Below, piece by piece: positions 1-10,201 of a DNA stretch of 64,000 nucleotides. The notes under the pieces were generated by a model. The model made no database searches and was not told the origin of the DNA. It saw nothing but the letters and a program-made list of their open reading frames with translations. Numbering within the stretch: position 1 is the first letter of the stretch; the number at the start of each line of letters is the position of its first letter. The DNA is from Candidatus Cloacimonadales bacterium (GTDB lineage: Bacteria; Cloacimonadota; Cloacimonadia; Cloacimonadales; JAFGVF01), in assembly GCA_963677495.2 (NCBI GenBank), contig CAXXOU010000004.1, forward strand, positions 608,001 to 672,000. The letters run 5' to 3'. The translations under genes were made by a program, and so were the position numbers.

Positions 1-135
1 CCGGAAGATATTCTCTTTGCCCATAAAGAGATGAATATTACAATCCCAATGACAGACAACATCCGTTCAATAAATCTAGCCAACAGCGTTGGTATTATTC
101 TCTACGAAGCTTGGAGACAGGTAGGATTTAAGTAG
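1..135 (+). CDS. trmL: tRNA (cytidine(34)-2'-O)-methyltransferase TrmL/SpoU family, 3' end (partial)
   Basis: Own translation of frame 1: [44 protein letters not shown], the SPOUT C-terminal motif IPM..RS.NLANSV...YEAWRQ. Confidence 0.85.
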   Translation, partial: PEDILFAHKEMNITIPMTDNIRSINLANSVGIILYEAWRQVGFK

Positions 136-318
136 TTCTCAATAGTTCCCTTTTTTAACCTGTATGGGTAATTTATCGATCAATAGCTTATGCTCTAGCT
201 ACAGCCATTGTAAAGACTGAAGGTGTTCCTTCTAAACGAGCTTTCCCCATAGCCGAATTGAGCCTACTGCTTCCCTTCCAGTCCCGTGCCTACGACAAGT
301 TTTCCATAAATCTTTAAG

Positions 319-339
319 TTATCCACATGATGTGGATAA
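319..339. promoter_or_regulatory. Two inverted DnaA-box consensus 9-mers
   Basis: TTATCCACA (319-327), tga, TGTGGATAA (331-339). Confidence 0.35.
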
Positions 340-352
340 ATCGAGCCTTTCA

Positions 353-440
353 ACGAGAGGGTCACGAGAGGGTCACCTGTGGGAGACCTATGAAACACCT
401 TTCTTAGTCACGGGACCGGAAGGGATGATGAAGGGCAAAT
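353..440. repeat. 11-bp-period degenerate array P1
   Basis: acgagagggtc/acgagagggtc/acctgtgggag/acctatgaaac/acctttcttag/tcacgggaccg/gaagggatgat/gaagggcaaat. Confidence 0.65.
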
Positions 441-492
441 TTGAGTGCAAATTTGAGAAAATTGTTAGTGGAGAATTGTTAGCTGGAGTCAA

Positions 493-522
493 AGCGACCG
501 AATGGGAGTTGGACTCATAGCG
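493..522 (+). repeat. Dispersed intergenic module M6, copy 1
   Basis: agcgaccgaatgggagttggactcatagcg matches 53757-53786 agcgaccgaatgggagtcgggtcaatagcg without gaps. Confidence 0.8.
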
Positions 523-700
523 AAATATGGCAATATTCTACCTTTCGAATGTACTGTAGACCTTCGAAATGGTGCTCTTGTAAATTCTCCTCTAAGAGGA
601 GTGTTTCTCTTTATGAAATGGGGTTCTCGTAATATATCGTCTACTCCCTCAAATTGAACTATTCGCAAGGTCTGCGACCATTTTTGAAGGTATGGGTTTC

Positions 701-736
701 GTGACAAGACGCACCTACATAGTTGGTGCACTCCAT
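701..736 (+). repeat. Dispersed hairpin module M7, copy 1
   Basis: gtgacaagacgcacctacatagttggtgcactccata matches 53981-54016. Confidence 0.8.
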
Positions 737-738
737 AG

Positions 739-763
739 AAAAAGCCTGCATGTAGCAGGCTTT
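739..763 (-). terminator. Intrinsic terminator of satP
   Basis: aaaaagcctgc-atgta-gcaggcttt. Confidence 0.75.
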
Positions 764-783
764 AAACATATAAAACTAATAAC

Positions 784-1347
784 CTATTTAATCCAAGGTT
801 TTCCCATTGGCATAACAGTTTTACCAGCCAAGTCATTTGTGATAGTTGCAATCATCATATACATAGCTAGACCGGAGCAAACCATAAGTTCATAACCTGC
901 TACTACATTCCATATTGGGTTTCCAAAGTGTCCGAGAACAAGAAGAAGGAAACCAATGAAAAGTGTGAGGAATGTCAGAGCCATAGCTGTGTGAACTCTC
1001 CAAGAAGCTGTCCACATGATGAATGTATAGATCATCCATGCGAAAAGGTACCAGCCGACATCAGTAGTTGAAGATTCATAGATTCCGAAATGCTTCATAA
1101 GGAAGATGAGCCCAAGCCCAATCCAGAAACTTCCATAAGATACGAAAGCACTATAGCCGAAGTTGTTTCCCATTTTCTGTTCCTGGAAGCCAGCAATCAT
1201 TTGTGCTAAACCACCGAAGAAAAGTCCAAGTACTACTACTGGACCGATTCCACACCAACCCACATTATGAAACTGTAAAACCAACGTTGTTATTGAGAAT
1301 CCGGCGAGACCAACAACAGCCGGATTTGCATTCTTTCTTTCACTCAT
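784..1347 (-). CDS. satP: Acetate/succinate uptake transporter, GPR1/FUN34/YaaH (SatP) family
   Basis: N-terminal ANPAVVGLAGFSITT motif, GGLAQMIAG, GN.FG..AF.SYG.FW, six TM segments. Confidence 0.9.
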   Translation of the reverse strand: MSERKNANPAVVGLAGFSITTLVLQFHNVGWCGIGPVVVLGLFFGGLAQMIAGFQEQKMGNNFGYSAFVSYGSFWIGLGLIFLMKHFGIYESSTTDVGWYLFAWMIYTFIMWTASWRVHTAMALTFLTLFIGFLLLVLGHFGNPIWNVVAGYELMVCSGLAMYMMIATITNDLAGKTVMPMGKPWIK

Positions 1348-1561
1348 TCTATTACTCCTAAGTATATTAAATATTTAACTTGATTATGTAGTGAGGTTTA
1401 GGGACTTTCAGCAAGCAATTCTGTCAATTATAATCTCATCCTTTTTGTGTAGGGGTTGTTAAGGTAAATTCAAATTGACATAAACACCACCTCAGATATG
1501 TTGTTTTTCTCTATTAATGTGATTATAAATTTATAAATAAATATACGGGAGTGTGATAAGG

Positions 1562-2935
1562 ATGTGCGGAATACTCGGCATTTTTAATCATGATAAAGCA
1601 GCTGAATTAGCAGCTTTAGGAATGTTTGCAGAACAGCATCGTGGCCAAGAAAGCTGCGGTATGGCAGTGACAGATGGAAAAGGTTTCAAACTTAGAAAGA
1701 TGATGGGACTTGTTAAACAGGTTTTCCCACCGGAAGTATTAGCTGAACTACCTGGCAAGATTGCCGTTGGACATGTTAGATACCCTACTAAAGGCTCTGC
1801 AACTGCTTACAATTCACAACCGCACATTGTTGCGACTCTTTCAGGACCAGGATACTCTCTTGCTAGTAACGGTGATATAACAAACTATCGTTCTATTAGA
1901 CAAGAGCTTGAGAATAAAGGTGTTTATTTCAATAGTGAGAATGATGGAGAACTAATTCTTAAGTACATTATCTATGCTGTTGAGAAAGAACATCTCGCTA
2001 TTCCGGATGCAATCAAGAAGTTTATGGCAAATGTACAAGGTGCCTATTCTACTGTGCTTGCTACAAATAAAACAATGTATATGTTCCGTGACCCACATGC
2101 TATCAGACCTATGGTTTGGGGTAAAAGAGATGATGGAACTGTTGTAGTAGCTTCAGAAAGCTGTGCTTTAGATATACTTTGTGTTGATGACAGACAGGAG
2201 ATGAAACCGGGTGGTATCATCAAAGTAACATTCGACGGGATTGAAGTTATTGAGAATAACCCACAAGACTATCGTGTTAGTGAAGATGATAAGCATTGTA
2301 TCTTTGAACATATCTATTTCTCACGTCCTGATAGTCATCACTTTGGTGAAGACGTTTATGAAATCAGAGAAAGAATCGGTGCTAAGATGGCTCAATCAGA
2401 TGCTGATTTAAATCCTGATTGCGTTGTTCCTGTTCCCGACTCCTCAAACTTCATGGCTACCGGTTATGCAAAAGAGAAAGGTATTGAGTTTAACTTTGGC
2501 TTAATCAGAAACCATTATGTTGGAAGAACTTTCATTAAACCTGAACAGACAATTAGAGATGAAAGCGTTAGTCAGAAGTTCAACACACTTCCTAACTACT
2601 TTAAAGATAAGAAAGTGATTCTAGTGGATGACTCGATTGTGCGTGGTACTACTATCCGCAAGATTGTGACTATGCTTAGAAGAGCCGGAGCAAAAGAGAT
2701 TCATCTTAGAATCGGCTCACCACAGGTTAAGAACTCATGCTTCTACGGCATCGACACACCAACAAGTGAAGAGCTTATTGCTAATAGAAAGAGTCTTGAA
2801 GAGATCACTAAGCACTGTGGTGCTGATAGCTTGAAGCATATCCCAATTGAAGATTTAAGAGAATGTGTTACAGGACCAAACAACTATTGTTATGCCTGTT
2901 TCAATGGAGCCTATCCAATACCGATTGAGGACTAA
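1562..2935 (+). CDS. purF: Amidophosphoribosyltransferase
   Basis: MCGI start with N-terminal nucleophile Cys (ATG 1562), QHRGQES, GHVRY, PRPP-binding VDDSIVRGTT, CYACF Fe-S motif. Confidence 0.95.
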   Translation: MCGILGIFNHDKAAELAALGMFAEQHRGQESCGMAVTDGKGFKLRKMMGLVKQVFPPEVLAELPGKIAVGHVRYPTKGSATAYNSQPHIVATLSGPGYSLASNGDITNYRSIRQELENKGVYFNSENDGELILKYIIYAVEKEHLAIPDAIKKFMANVQGAYSTVLATNKTMYMFRDPHAIRPMVWGKRDDGTVVVASESCALDILCVDDRQEMKPGGIIKVTFDGIEVIENNPQDYRVSEDDKHCIFEHIYFSRPDSHHFGEDVYEIRERIGAKMAQSDADLNPDCVVPVPDSSNFMATGYAKEKGIEFNFGLIRNHYVGRTFIKPEQTIRDESVSQKFNTLPNYFKDKKVILVDDSIVRGTTIRKIVTMLRRAGAKEIHLRIGSPQVKNSCFYGIDTPTSEELIANRKSLEEITKHCGADSLKHIPIEDLRECVTGPNNYCYACFNGAYPIPIED

Positions 2936-2936
2936 T

Positions 2937-3923
2937 ATGAACAAAGTGAACTTGGAAAATACACTTCAAAACATGACCGGTAAACGTATTATCGTTGTAG
3001 GTGATGTTATGATTGATCATTATATTCATGGTAAAGTTAATCGAATCTCCCCGGAAGCACCGGTACCACTTCTTGATATGAAGAATGAAGAATATCGTTT
3101 AGGTGGAGCTGCTAATGTTGCTCTGAATATCAAGACTATGGGGAGTACACCTATCCTTATTGGTGTTTATGGAGAAGATGATGGTCAAATTATCATGAAT
3201 GATCTGTTAAACGCTGAAGATATCTGTTCAGGATACTTGGTTATTGATGAACAGCGTATGACAACGCTTAAGACAAGAATCGTTGCAGGCCAACAGCAGA
3301 TTGTTAGGATTGATAGAGAGCAGAGAAACGATATCAATACTGAAGTCGAATATAAAGTGATTTCCAAGTTCCAAGAGTGCATTACAGATTGTGATGCAGT
3401 TATCATAGAAGATTATAACAAGGGTTTATTGACTGAAAGCGTTATTAAAGCTGTTTTAGAGATAGCTAAGGAGAATAACAAGCCTGTCACTGTTGACCCT
3501 AAGTATAAAAACTTCTTTCTTTATAAAGATGCTACAGTTTTCAAACCAAACCTGGTTGAACTAAAAAATAATATGAACCTCACTGCGGGAACTGATGATG
3601 AGTTCCTGCAGGCCGGTTCTGAATTGCGAGAAAGACTAAACGCTGAGAATGTTATGGTTACTCGGGGAGAAAAAGGGCTCACTGTCTTTAAATCTGATAG
3701 CAGTACACACTCTATTCCCTCATATGCTAGAGATGTTTTTGATGTCTCCGGTGCCGGTGATACTGTTATTAGTTCATTGACCTTAGCGCTTGCAGGTGGT
3801 GCTACTATTGAGGTAGCTGCTGAGATAGCAAATTATGCTGCCGGTGTTGTTTGTGGTAAAATCGGAACTTCTTCTACTAAACCTTCTGAGATTCTGGAGT
3901 ATATAAGACGCTATGAACATTAA
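2937..3923 (+). CDS. hldA: D-glycero-beta-D-manno-heptose-7-phosphate kinase (RfaE domain I)
   Basis: GDVMIDHY, RISPEAPVP, GGAANVA, DVSGAGDT; ATG 2937 after GAGG. Confidence 0.92.
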   Translation: MNKVNLENTLQNMTGKRIIVVGDVMIDHYIHGKVNRISPEAPVPLLDMKNEEYRLGGAANVALNIKTMGSTPILIGVYGEDDGQIIMNDLLNAEDICSGYLVIDEQRMTTLKTRIVAGQQQIVRIDREQRNDINTEVEYKVISKFQECITDCDAVIIEDYNKGLLTESVIKAVLEIAKENNKPVTVDPKYKNFFLYKDATVFKPNLVELKNNMNLTAGTDDEFLQAGSELRERLNAENVMVTRGEKGLTVFKSDSSTHSIPSYARDVFDVSGAGDTVISSLTLALAGGATIEVAAEIANYAAGVVCGKIGTSSTKPSEILEYIRRYEH

Positions 3924-4389
3924 TCAGAAGATAATTCGCTTCAACGACATTGCTGAAGTCATTAGCAAAGAGAAAGAAGCAGGCAAGAAAGTTGTTTTTA
4001 CGAACGGTTGCTTTGATATTCTTCATAGAGGGCATGTTGCTTATCTGAATCAAGCTAGCGAGTTAGCAGATATTTTGGTAATAGGTTTAAACAGTGATGC
4101 GTCAGTAAAGCGTTTGAAAGGTGAGGAGCGACCAATCAATACAGAAATGGATAGAGCTTTCTTGCTCTCTGCAATGGGGTTTGTTAGTTATGTTGTTATA
4201 TTTGAAGAGGACACTCCTTTCAATCTTATTAAGCAGGTCATGCCTGACATCCTTGTTAAAGGTGGAGACTGGAAACCTGAGCAGATTGTAGGTTCAGATA
4301 TTGTCCTTGCAAATGGTGGAGAAGTGAAAAGCCTGCGTTTTGAAACAGGCTATTCATCAACAAATATTATTGATAAGATTAGGGATTAG
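3913..4389 (+). CDS. hldC: D-glycero-beta-D-manno-heptose 1-phosphate adenylyltransferase (RfaE domain II)
   Basis: FTNGCFDILHRGH, GLNSDASV, LVKGGD. Confidence 0.93.
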   Translation: MNINQKIIRFNDIAEVISKEKEAGKKVVFTNGCFDILHRGHVAYLNQASELADILVIGLNSDASVKRLKGEERPINTEMDRAFLLSAMGFVSYVVIFEEDTPFNLIKQVMPDILVKGGDWKPEQIVGSDIVLANGGEVKSLRFETGYSSTNIIDKIRD

Positions 4390-5280
4390 ACATTTAGGGC
4401 TTTACTTATTTTTTGATAGCCACTGAAAGCATTTATCTGTACGTCGAACACGTAGGATATGTTGAGCTAGCTATTTCCCTTTCGTAGAGGGGTGCCGTTT
4501 TAACAGTGAGGTGTTTATTCCTTCGAGGTCACCATTTGCAAGGTTTTCAACCATTCCAAAGGTACATATTATAGTGCTTCAACGGAGTTCTTCAGACTGA
4601 TAAGAACTTAAATCCTATGAACAGTTCCAGCTCTAAAGGAGCGATAGTTTAATAGCTCCATGTGACAACTTGACGCTTTGGGTTAAAGCCCTCAGACATT
4701 GTTTTAGCCCTGAATGGGCGTAAGAGTTCTAAAGTTTCAATCTTTCGCCCCTATAGGGTTGCAATCTTCTTTTATTACATTACCACATGCCCAAGCATGT
4801 GGCTATTGAACAGACGCCTCTTCAAGGCAAAAGAACGCTCTTCGAGCTTTGGGCAGGCAAGTTGCATGCCTTAAGTAGGACATGTTGCCAGCCTGTCCGC
4901 TTAGCACAGCTAAGCTTTTCCACTGACGTCAATTAGTATGAATTACTAAAGCTCTTTAGTATTTCCCGATAGGGAAACATAATATTAGCCATGGGGCCAC
5001 GAACCATGGACATGAAACAATAAATCCTCAATCCGATTAGGATTGCACTAATCCAATTTCCAAACAGTGGTATAATACGATCCATGTAGGATTGAAACAA
5101 TAAAATATCCAGCCCATGGGTCGGTTGCCCCATGGCTAGCATTATGCTTTCCTTCGGAAAGAGATTACAACTATATAGCTCCTTTGGACGAGAGCTACGT
5201 TTATCGTCCTTGCCCCACACTAACGTTGCGGTGCAAGTCCGAGGGTTGTAGTTAAGAAATTGTTACAAAATCAAAGATAT
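4390..5280. repeat. Intergenic island of REP-like hairpin modules
   Basis: Shares modules with 50790-51290: 87 bp 4875-4961 vs 50825-50911; 4837-4876 vs 50943-50983; 4473-4515 vs 51160-51233; agccctgaatgggc. Module M3 at 5204-5243. Confidence 0.8.
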
Positions 5281-5381
5281 TCATTGACAAACGGCTGTGA
5301 TTTCATAAGTTCTAAATCTCTTTTTTAGAAAATTGAGATTTTGTGATTATAGATGTAAAAAACATTGAATCAGGAGGAATA

Positions 5382-7112
5382 ATGGCAAGTCGTTCCACGT
5401 CTGAATATTACAAGGAACTGAGGGATGTATCACCTGTCAGAGCGATGGCAGAGACATTACTAAACAATTCTAATGTTCGTAAAGTAACTATAGCCGAGGC
5501 TTACGAAATGGGCAGAACTCAACCGGGAGTTTCTGAAACAGATTTAGAAATTTATCCACCGTTTGTTGAGAAAATGGGATTACCTAAGGGAGCCAAAGTA
5601 CTTAATGACTGTCACGGACAGATCATAGGTAGAACAGCAAAAGCTAGAAGATTCTTTAACAGATTAGAAGAACGAGAGCAACTCAAAGTAGGTAAAGATA
5701 TTAGAGAAGCTCTATGGCAGATGCAACATCAGAAGCTGATTAAAGCTGAAGCAGTATTGGGTCGTGATAAAGATCTGATGATTAAAGCAACGTATATTAC
5801 TACAGAATCCGATGCTGTTAATGTGTTTAACTGGCTAAGTAATTTTACCCCGTTTGAATTACTTGAAGATGAGTACAAGGATTCCAAGCCATTACCTATT
5901 CAAGACATAATAATTGTAGCTTTCAATGAGTGGACAATTGACGACAAATTCTACCACAATGTTGGAGCACCTCAGTTAGCTCTAGTTGACGAGAAACAGA
6001 ATGTTATCTTCAACTTCGGTATGAGATACTTCGGAGAAAGAAAGAAAGGTACTCTCACTCTTGCCTGGACATCCGGTATGCGTCTTGGCATGGCTGCTTG
6101 TCATGGTGGAATTAAAGAGATGGACTTCACAAAGTGTGAAGCTCCTGAGCATAAAGCCTTGGGCAAACGTTCAATAGCATTCTACGGCTTATCCGGTACA
6201 GGTAAATCCTCTCATACTAACAGCATTAATAATGGTAAGACATTACCTGAAGGTGTTACAAAAGTTGTACTTCATGATGATGCGTTCCAGATTGACCCGA
6301 TGGAGAGAATCTGTCGTGTTTGGGAACCTTCACTATTCGACAAAACCGATAGTAGAGAACCTGATCATCCGGATTGGAAGTATGTGCTCTCATTAATGAA
6401 TCATGCCCAGATTACAATAAACGGTAAGAACCTACCTGTTGGTCTTGACCTCAGAAACAGTAATGGTAGAGCATTGCTTGATCGTGATCTTCTTGGTGCT
6501 TGGGTTAACAGATGTTCATTCCCAAAAGCTCTTTGCTGGTTAATGAAAGATGCTATCCTTCCTCCAATAATGAAGTTTACAGATAAATATCTTGCAGTTG
6601 CAATGGGCGCAGCTCTTGCTACAATGCGTAACAGAGCTGAGAACGTTCGTGAAGAAGAATTAAACAAACTCGTTTTCGAACCGTTTGCAAATCCATTCCG
6701 TGTTTATGAGCTTTATAAAGATGTCGAAGCATTCCTTTCACTTATCGAAAGTGGTGCTGATGTTTACTGCTTCAATTCACGTGGTTACTGGAAGTCTTCA
6801 GATTCTAAACTTGAAGCTATTCCGCTTCAAACTTCTCTTACATTGCAAACAGGTATCTTAATGGATTCAATTGAATGGGAAGCCTGGGAAACATTACCTG
6901 GTGCGATGATTCCAACTAAAGAATCAATTGATAAGATTTTACCCGGTTATTATGAGAAGTATAATCCTTACAAACGTGAGCATTATAATGACTATCTTAC
7001 TTTCGTTGAAGAAAGATTCAGTCAAAGAAGAGAGTTCTTGGATACCTCTGATTTAAGAGAGAAACCAGCTCTTCTTCTCAAACTGTTAACTTCATTGAAC
7101 ATACACAGATAG
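5382..7112 (+). CDS. pckA: Phosphoenolpyruvate carboxykinase (ATP) family protein
   Basis: YFGERKKG, ACHGG, P-loop GLSGTGKS, LHDDAF, NGRA; ATG 5382 after AGGAGG. Confidence 0.85.
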   Translation: MASRSTSEYYKELRDVSPVRAMAETLLNNSNVRKVTIAEAYEMGRTQPGVSETDLEIYPPFVEKMGLPKGAKVLNDCHGQIIGRTAKARRFFNRLEEREQLKVGKDIREALWQMQHQKLIKAEAVLGRDKDLMIKATYITTESDAVNVFNWLSNFTPFELLEDEYKDSKPLPIQDIIIVAFNEWTIDDKFYHNVGAPQLALVDEKQNVIFNFGMRYFGERKKGTLTLAWTSGMRLGMAACHGGIKEMDFTKCEAPEHKALGKRSIAFYGLSGTGKSSHTNSINNGKTLPEGVTKVVLHDDAFQIDPMERICRVWEPSLFDKTDSREPDHPDWKYVLSLMNHAQITINGKNLPVGLDLRNSNGRALLDRDLLGAWVNRCSFPKALCWLMKDAILPPIMKFTDKYLAVAMGAALATMRNRAENVREEELNKLVFEPFANPFRVYELYKDVEAFLSLIESGADVYCFNSRGYWKSSDSKLEAIPLQTSLTLQTGILMDSIEWEAWETLPGAMIPTKESIDKILPGYYEKYNPYKREHYNDYLTFVEERFSQRREFLDTSDLREKPALLLKLLTSLNIHR

Positions 7113-7128
7113 ATAATTTAAACGATTG

Positions 7129-7155
7129 AAAGACCGGATTGTCCGGTCTTTTTTT
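7129..7155 (+). terminator. Intrinsic terminator
   Basis: aaagaccgga-ttg-tccggtcttt followed by a T tract. Confidence 0.8.
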
Positions 7156-7248
7156 CTGTTAACTCTCTGTTTAGTGATGTTTAATAGTGATAATATACTT
7201 TACAAAATAGAATAAATATATTTTTTAGACCAAATTTAGTCAAAAGGA

Positions 7249-9702
7249 GTGGATATGTCTACAATTCCTGCAATATGGTATATTGCCCCCGCAGGAGCAA
7301 TTATCTCTTTAATTTTCGCCTGGATATTCTTTAAAGAGGTAAAAAACAGTGACCCCGGTACAAAAGAGATGCAAACTATTGCTGCTCATGTTCGAGAAGG
7401 GGCTTTCGCTTATTTAAGGCAGCAATACAAAGGTGTTAGCATCTTCTTTATAGTAGCCTTTATTATTTTCAATGTTATGGCGCATGTTTTACATGTGCTT
7501 CACCCACTTGTTCCAGTTGCATTTTTAACAGGTGGTTTCTTCTCTGGTTTGGCAGGATTCATTGGAATGAACACTGCGACTATGGCATCTAATAGAACTG
7601 CTCAAGCATGTACGAAGAGCCTCAATCAAGGTCTTAAAGTTGCTTTCAGAGCCGGCAGTGTAATGGGGCTTATCGTTGTAGGACTAGCACTTATCGATAT
7701 TACTTTATGGTTCTACTTACTCAATTTCTTTAAAGTAGACCTTGCAACTATCACAGTTATTATGCTTAGTTTTGGTATGGGTGCATCTACTCAAGCTCTT
7801 TTCGCCAGACTTGGTGGTGGTATCTTCACAAAAGCTGCGGATGTAGGTGCTGATCTTGTGGGTAAAGTAGAAGCAGGTATTCCGGAAGATGACCCTCGTA
7901 ACCCGGCTACAATCGCTGATAATGTAGGTGATAATGTAGGTGACGTTGCTGGTATGGGTGCTGACCTTTATGAATCATATGCAGGTTCAATTCTTGCTAC
8001 AGCTGCTCTTGGTATGGCTGCTGTTACACAGAATCCAACTTGGGCAGATTATGCAGTTAAATTTGTTACAGCTCCAATGGTTCTAGCCGGTATCGGAGCA
8101 TTCTTATCAATAATTGGTATTTTCCTTGTATCATCTAAAGAATCTGCAGGAACTAAAGAGCTTATGTTCGCTTTAAACAAAAGTGTTTATGGTAGTTCTG
8201 TTCTTATCGCAATTGCTTCTTTCTTTGTTACAAAACATATGCTTCCTAAAGAACTAGCATTTGGTGTATTTATCTCATCAGTAGTTGGATTGATTGCCGG
8301 TATTCTGATTGGATACTTCACGGAACGCTTCACATCAGACAGTTATAAACCAACTCGAGGTATCTCGAAACAGGGTCAATACGGTCCTGCAACAGTTATT
8401 ATTGATGGACTTGCTGTTGGTATGAAATCTACATTTGCACCTGTAGTAATTATCGGTATCGCTATTCTTATTGCTTTCAGTGTTAGTGGTGGTTGGAATA
8501 GTATCGAAAGTGGTCTCTATGGTATCGGTTTTGGTGCTGTTGGAATGCTTGCAACTCTTGGTGTTACTCTAGCAATGGATGCATTTGGCCCTATCGCTGA
8601 TAATGCCGGTGGTAATGCTGAAATGTGTCATCTTCCTAAAGATGTAAGAAAGAAAACAGATGCTCTTGACTCTGTTGGAAACACTACAGCTGCTACAGGT
8701 AAAGGTTTCGCTATCGGTTCTGCAGCACTTACTGCAATGGCTCTTCTTGCTGCTTATCTCGAAGAGGTTAGAGCAGGATTCGTACATTTAGGTCGTGAAG
8801 CAATTGATGGTGCTCCAATTGCACTAGCATCGGTAGAGAACTTCATTAATCATTACAATGTGCATCTAATGAATCCTAAATTCCTTATCGGTATCTTCCT
8901 TGGTGCTATGACAGCATATCTTTTCTCAGCATACACAATGAAAGCTGTTGGTAATGCAGCCGGTGATATGGTTGCTGAAGTGAGAAGACAGTTCAAAGAG
9001 ATTAAAGGTATTTTAGAAGGGAAAGCTACTCCTGATTATAAACGTTGTGTAATGATATCGACTAAGAGTGCACAGCGTGAGATGCTTCTCCCTGCACTTA
9101 TCGGTATTATAACTCCTATCATTGTAGGTCTTATCCTTGGTGTTGCAGGTGTTCTCGGACTTCTTGCAGGTTCACTTGCAAGTGGGTTAGTGCTTGCTAT
9201 TATGATGAACAACTCAGGTGGTGCTTGGGATAACGCTAAGAAGTTCGTTGAAGCTGGAAACTTTGGTGGTAAAGGCTCTGAAGTTCATAAAGCTACTGTT
9301 GTTGGTGACACTGTGGGTGATCCTTTCAAAGATACAGCCGGTCCATCAATCAACATTCTTATCAAACTTATGAGTATGGTAAGTATTGTTTTTGCAGGGC
9401 TTATTGTGGCGTATTCTCCGGTAATTGAAGCTACTTACTCACCAATCAACGATAACTATTCAATTTCAAAAGAGTGGCAGGCAGCACACCCTACTCAGAG
9501 TGAATGTACACTTCAAACAACAGGCGAAATGTGTGATGATTGTGTAGCTAAAGGTGGTTGTGATTCTGAATGCTTAGAAGATGCATCACATGTTCATGAA
9601 CATGAAGAGCATGAGTGCACAATGGAAACAACCGGAGAGATGTGTGATGATTGCAAAGCTAAAGGCGGATGTGATGAGTCATGTCTTGAAGGCTCACATT
9701 AA
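7249..9702 (+). CDS. hppA: K+-dependent membrane pyrophosphatase (probably Na+-translocating) with a Cys/His-rich C-terminal extension
   Basis: [34 protein letters not shown] (K+-dependent), ADLYESY (Glu at the Na+-PPase position), [10 protein letters not shown]. Confidence 0.93.
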   Translation: MDMSTIPAIWYIAPAGAIISLIFAWIFFKEVKNSDPGTKEMQTIAAHVREGAFAYLRQQYKGVSIFFIVAFIIFNVMAHVLHVLHPLVPVAFLTGGFFSGLAGFIGMNTATMASNRTAQACTKSLNQGLKVAFRAGSVMGLIVVGLALIDITLWFYLLNFFKVDLATITVIMLSFGMGASTQALFARLGGGIFTKAADVGADLVGKVEAGIPEDDPRNPATIADNVGDNVGDVAGMGADLYESYAGSILATAALGMAAVTQNPTWADYAVKFVTAPMVLAGIGAFLSIIGIFLVSSKESAGTKELMFALNKSVYGSSVLIAIASFFVTKHMLPKELAFGVFISSVVGLIAGILIGYFTERFTSDSYKPTRGISKQGQYGPATVIIDGLAVGMKSTFAPVVIIGIAILIAFSVSGGWNSIESGLYGIGFGAVGMLATLGVTLAMDAFGPIADNAGGNAEMCHLPKDVRKKTDALDSVGNTTAATGKGFAIGSAALTAMALLAAYLEEVRAGFVHLGREAIDGAPIALASVENFINHYNVHLMNPKFLIGIFLGAMTAYLFSAYTMKAVGNAAGDMVAEVRRQFKEIKGILEGKATPDYKRCVMISTKSAQREMLLPALIGIITPIIVGLILGVAGVLGLLAGSLASGLVLAIMMNNSGGAWDNAKKFVEAGNFGGKGSEVHKATVVGDTVGDPFKDTAGPSINILIKLMSMVSIVFAGLIVAYSPVIEATYSPINDNYSISKEWQAAHPTQSECTLQTTGEMCDDCVAKGGCDSECLEDASHVHEHEEHECTMETTGEMCDDCKAKGGCDESCLEGSH
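9502..9699 (+). repeat. In-frame duplication of a 5-Cys module separated by a His/Glu linker
   Basis: [26 protein letters not shown] / [26 protein letters not shown]. Confidence 0.9.
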
Positions 9703-9729
9703 TTAATAAACATATCCTATTATATACAG

Positions 9730-9764
9730 CAGGTTGTTGTGGGTTCACAACAACCTGTATTTTT
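9730..9764 (+). terminator. Intrinsic terminator
   Basis: caggttgttgtg-ggtt-cacaacaacctg-tattttt. Confidence 0.8.
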
Positions 9765-9810
9765 ATTCTCTATTTTATCAACAGTTCTTTACAAAGACAA
9801 TAAATTTATC

Positions 9811-9980
9811 TACACAGCGTCTTTTGCAATAACTTAGCTACATCTCATGTCCTTTTTACTCTCTTTAACTGCTCTATCCATCAACGCACTGTGTTAGCAC
9901 TGTGCACGCACTGTGAAGGCACTGTCAACCCACTGTTTCACTGGGTGCACAGTGCGTGCACAGTGGGAAAACAGTGCGTT
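9811..9980 (+). repeat. ~170-bp element M1 (CACTGTG/CACAGTG 11-bp-period fold-back), copy 1
   Basis: Ungapped similarity to 36284-36453 and 56821-56990; perfect 18-bp inverted repeat 9898-9915 / 9948-9965. Confidence 0.92.
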
Positions 9981-10201
9981 AATAGGGTTTTGGTTGATAG
10001 ATTGATGCAAGAGAAAAGAAACACACTATTACGGGTATGGACTTGAATAATTCTTTATGTAAAAATGCACTAGTTTCTAAACTACATTAGTTTGTCTTCA
10101 TTCATAGCATAACAGAAATTGTTTAATTATTCTAGTAAATTGTGCTTGACACCATCAGCAAATCCATCCAAGACATTTCGGATATACTAAATAGGATAAT
10201 T

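Noticed and set aside
136..783. Replication origin
   Set aside because: Only two DnaA boxes, no evident unwinding element, and no dnaA/dnaN/gidA context.
332..895. Short ORFs 332-520, 489-731 and 692-895
   Set aside because: They lie over repeat modules or antisense to satP and have no recognisable motifs.
4933..5220. 95-aa minus-strand ORF in the REP island
   Set aside because: It overlaps dispersed repeat modules and shows no HUH/Y1 transposase motif.
9886..9980. CACAGTG equals the V(D)J RSS / Transib heptamer
   Set aside because: No nonamer at 12- or 23-bp spacing and no RAG/Transib-like gene; treated as coincidence.
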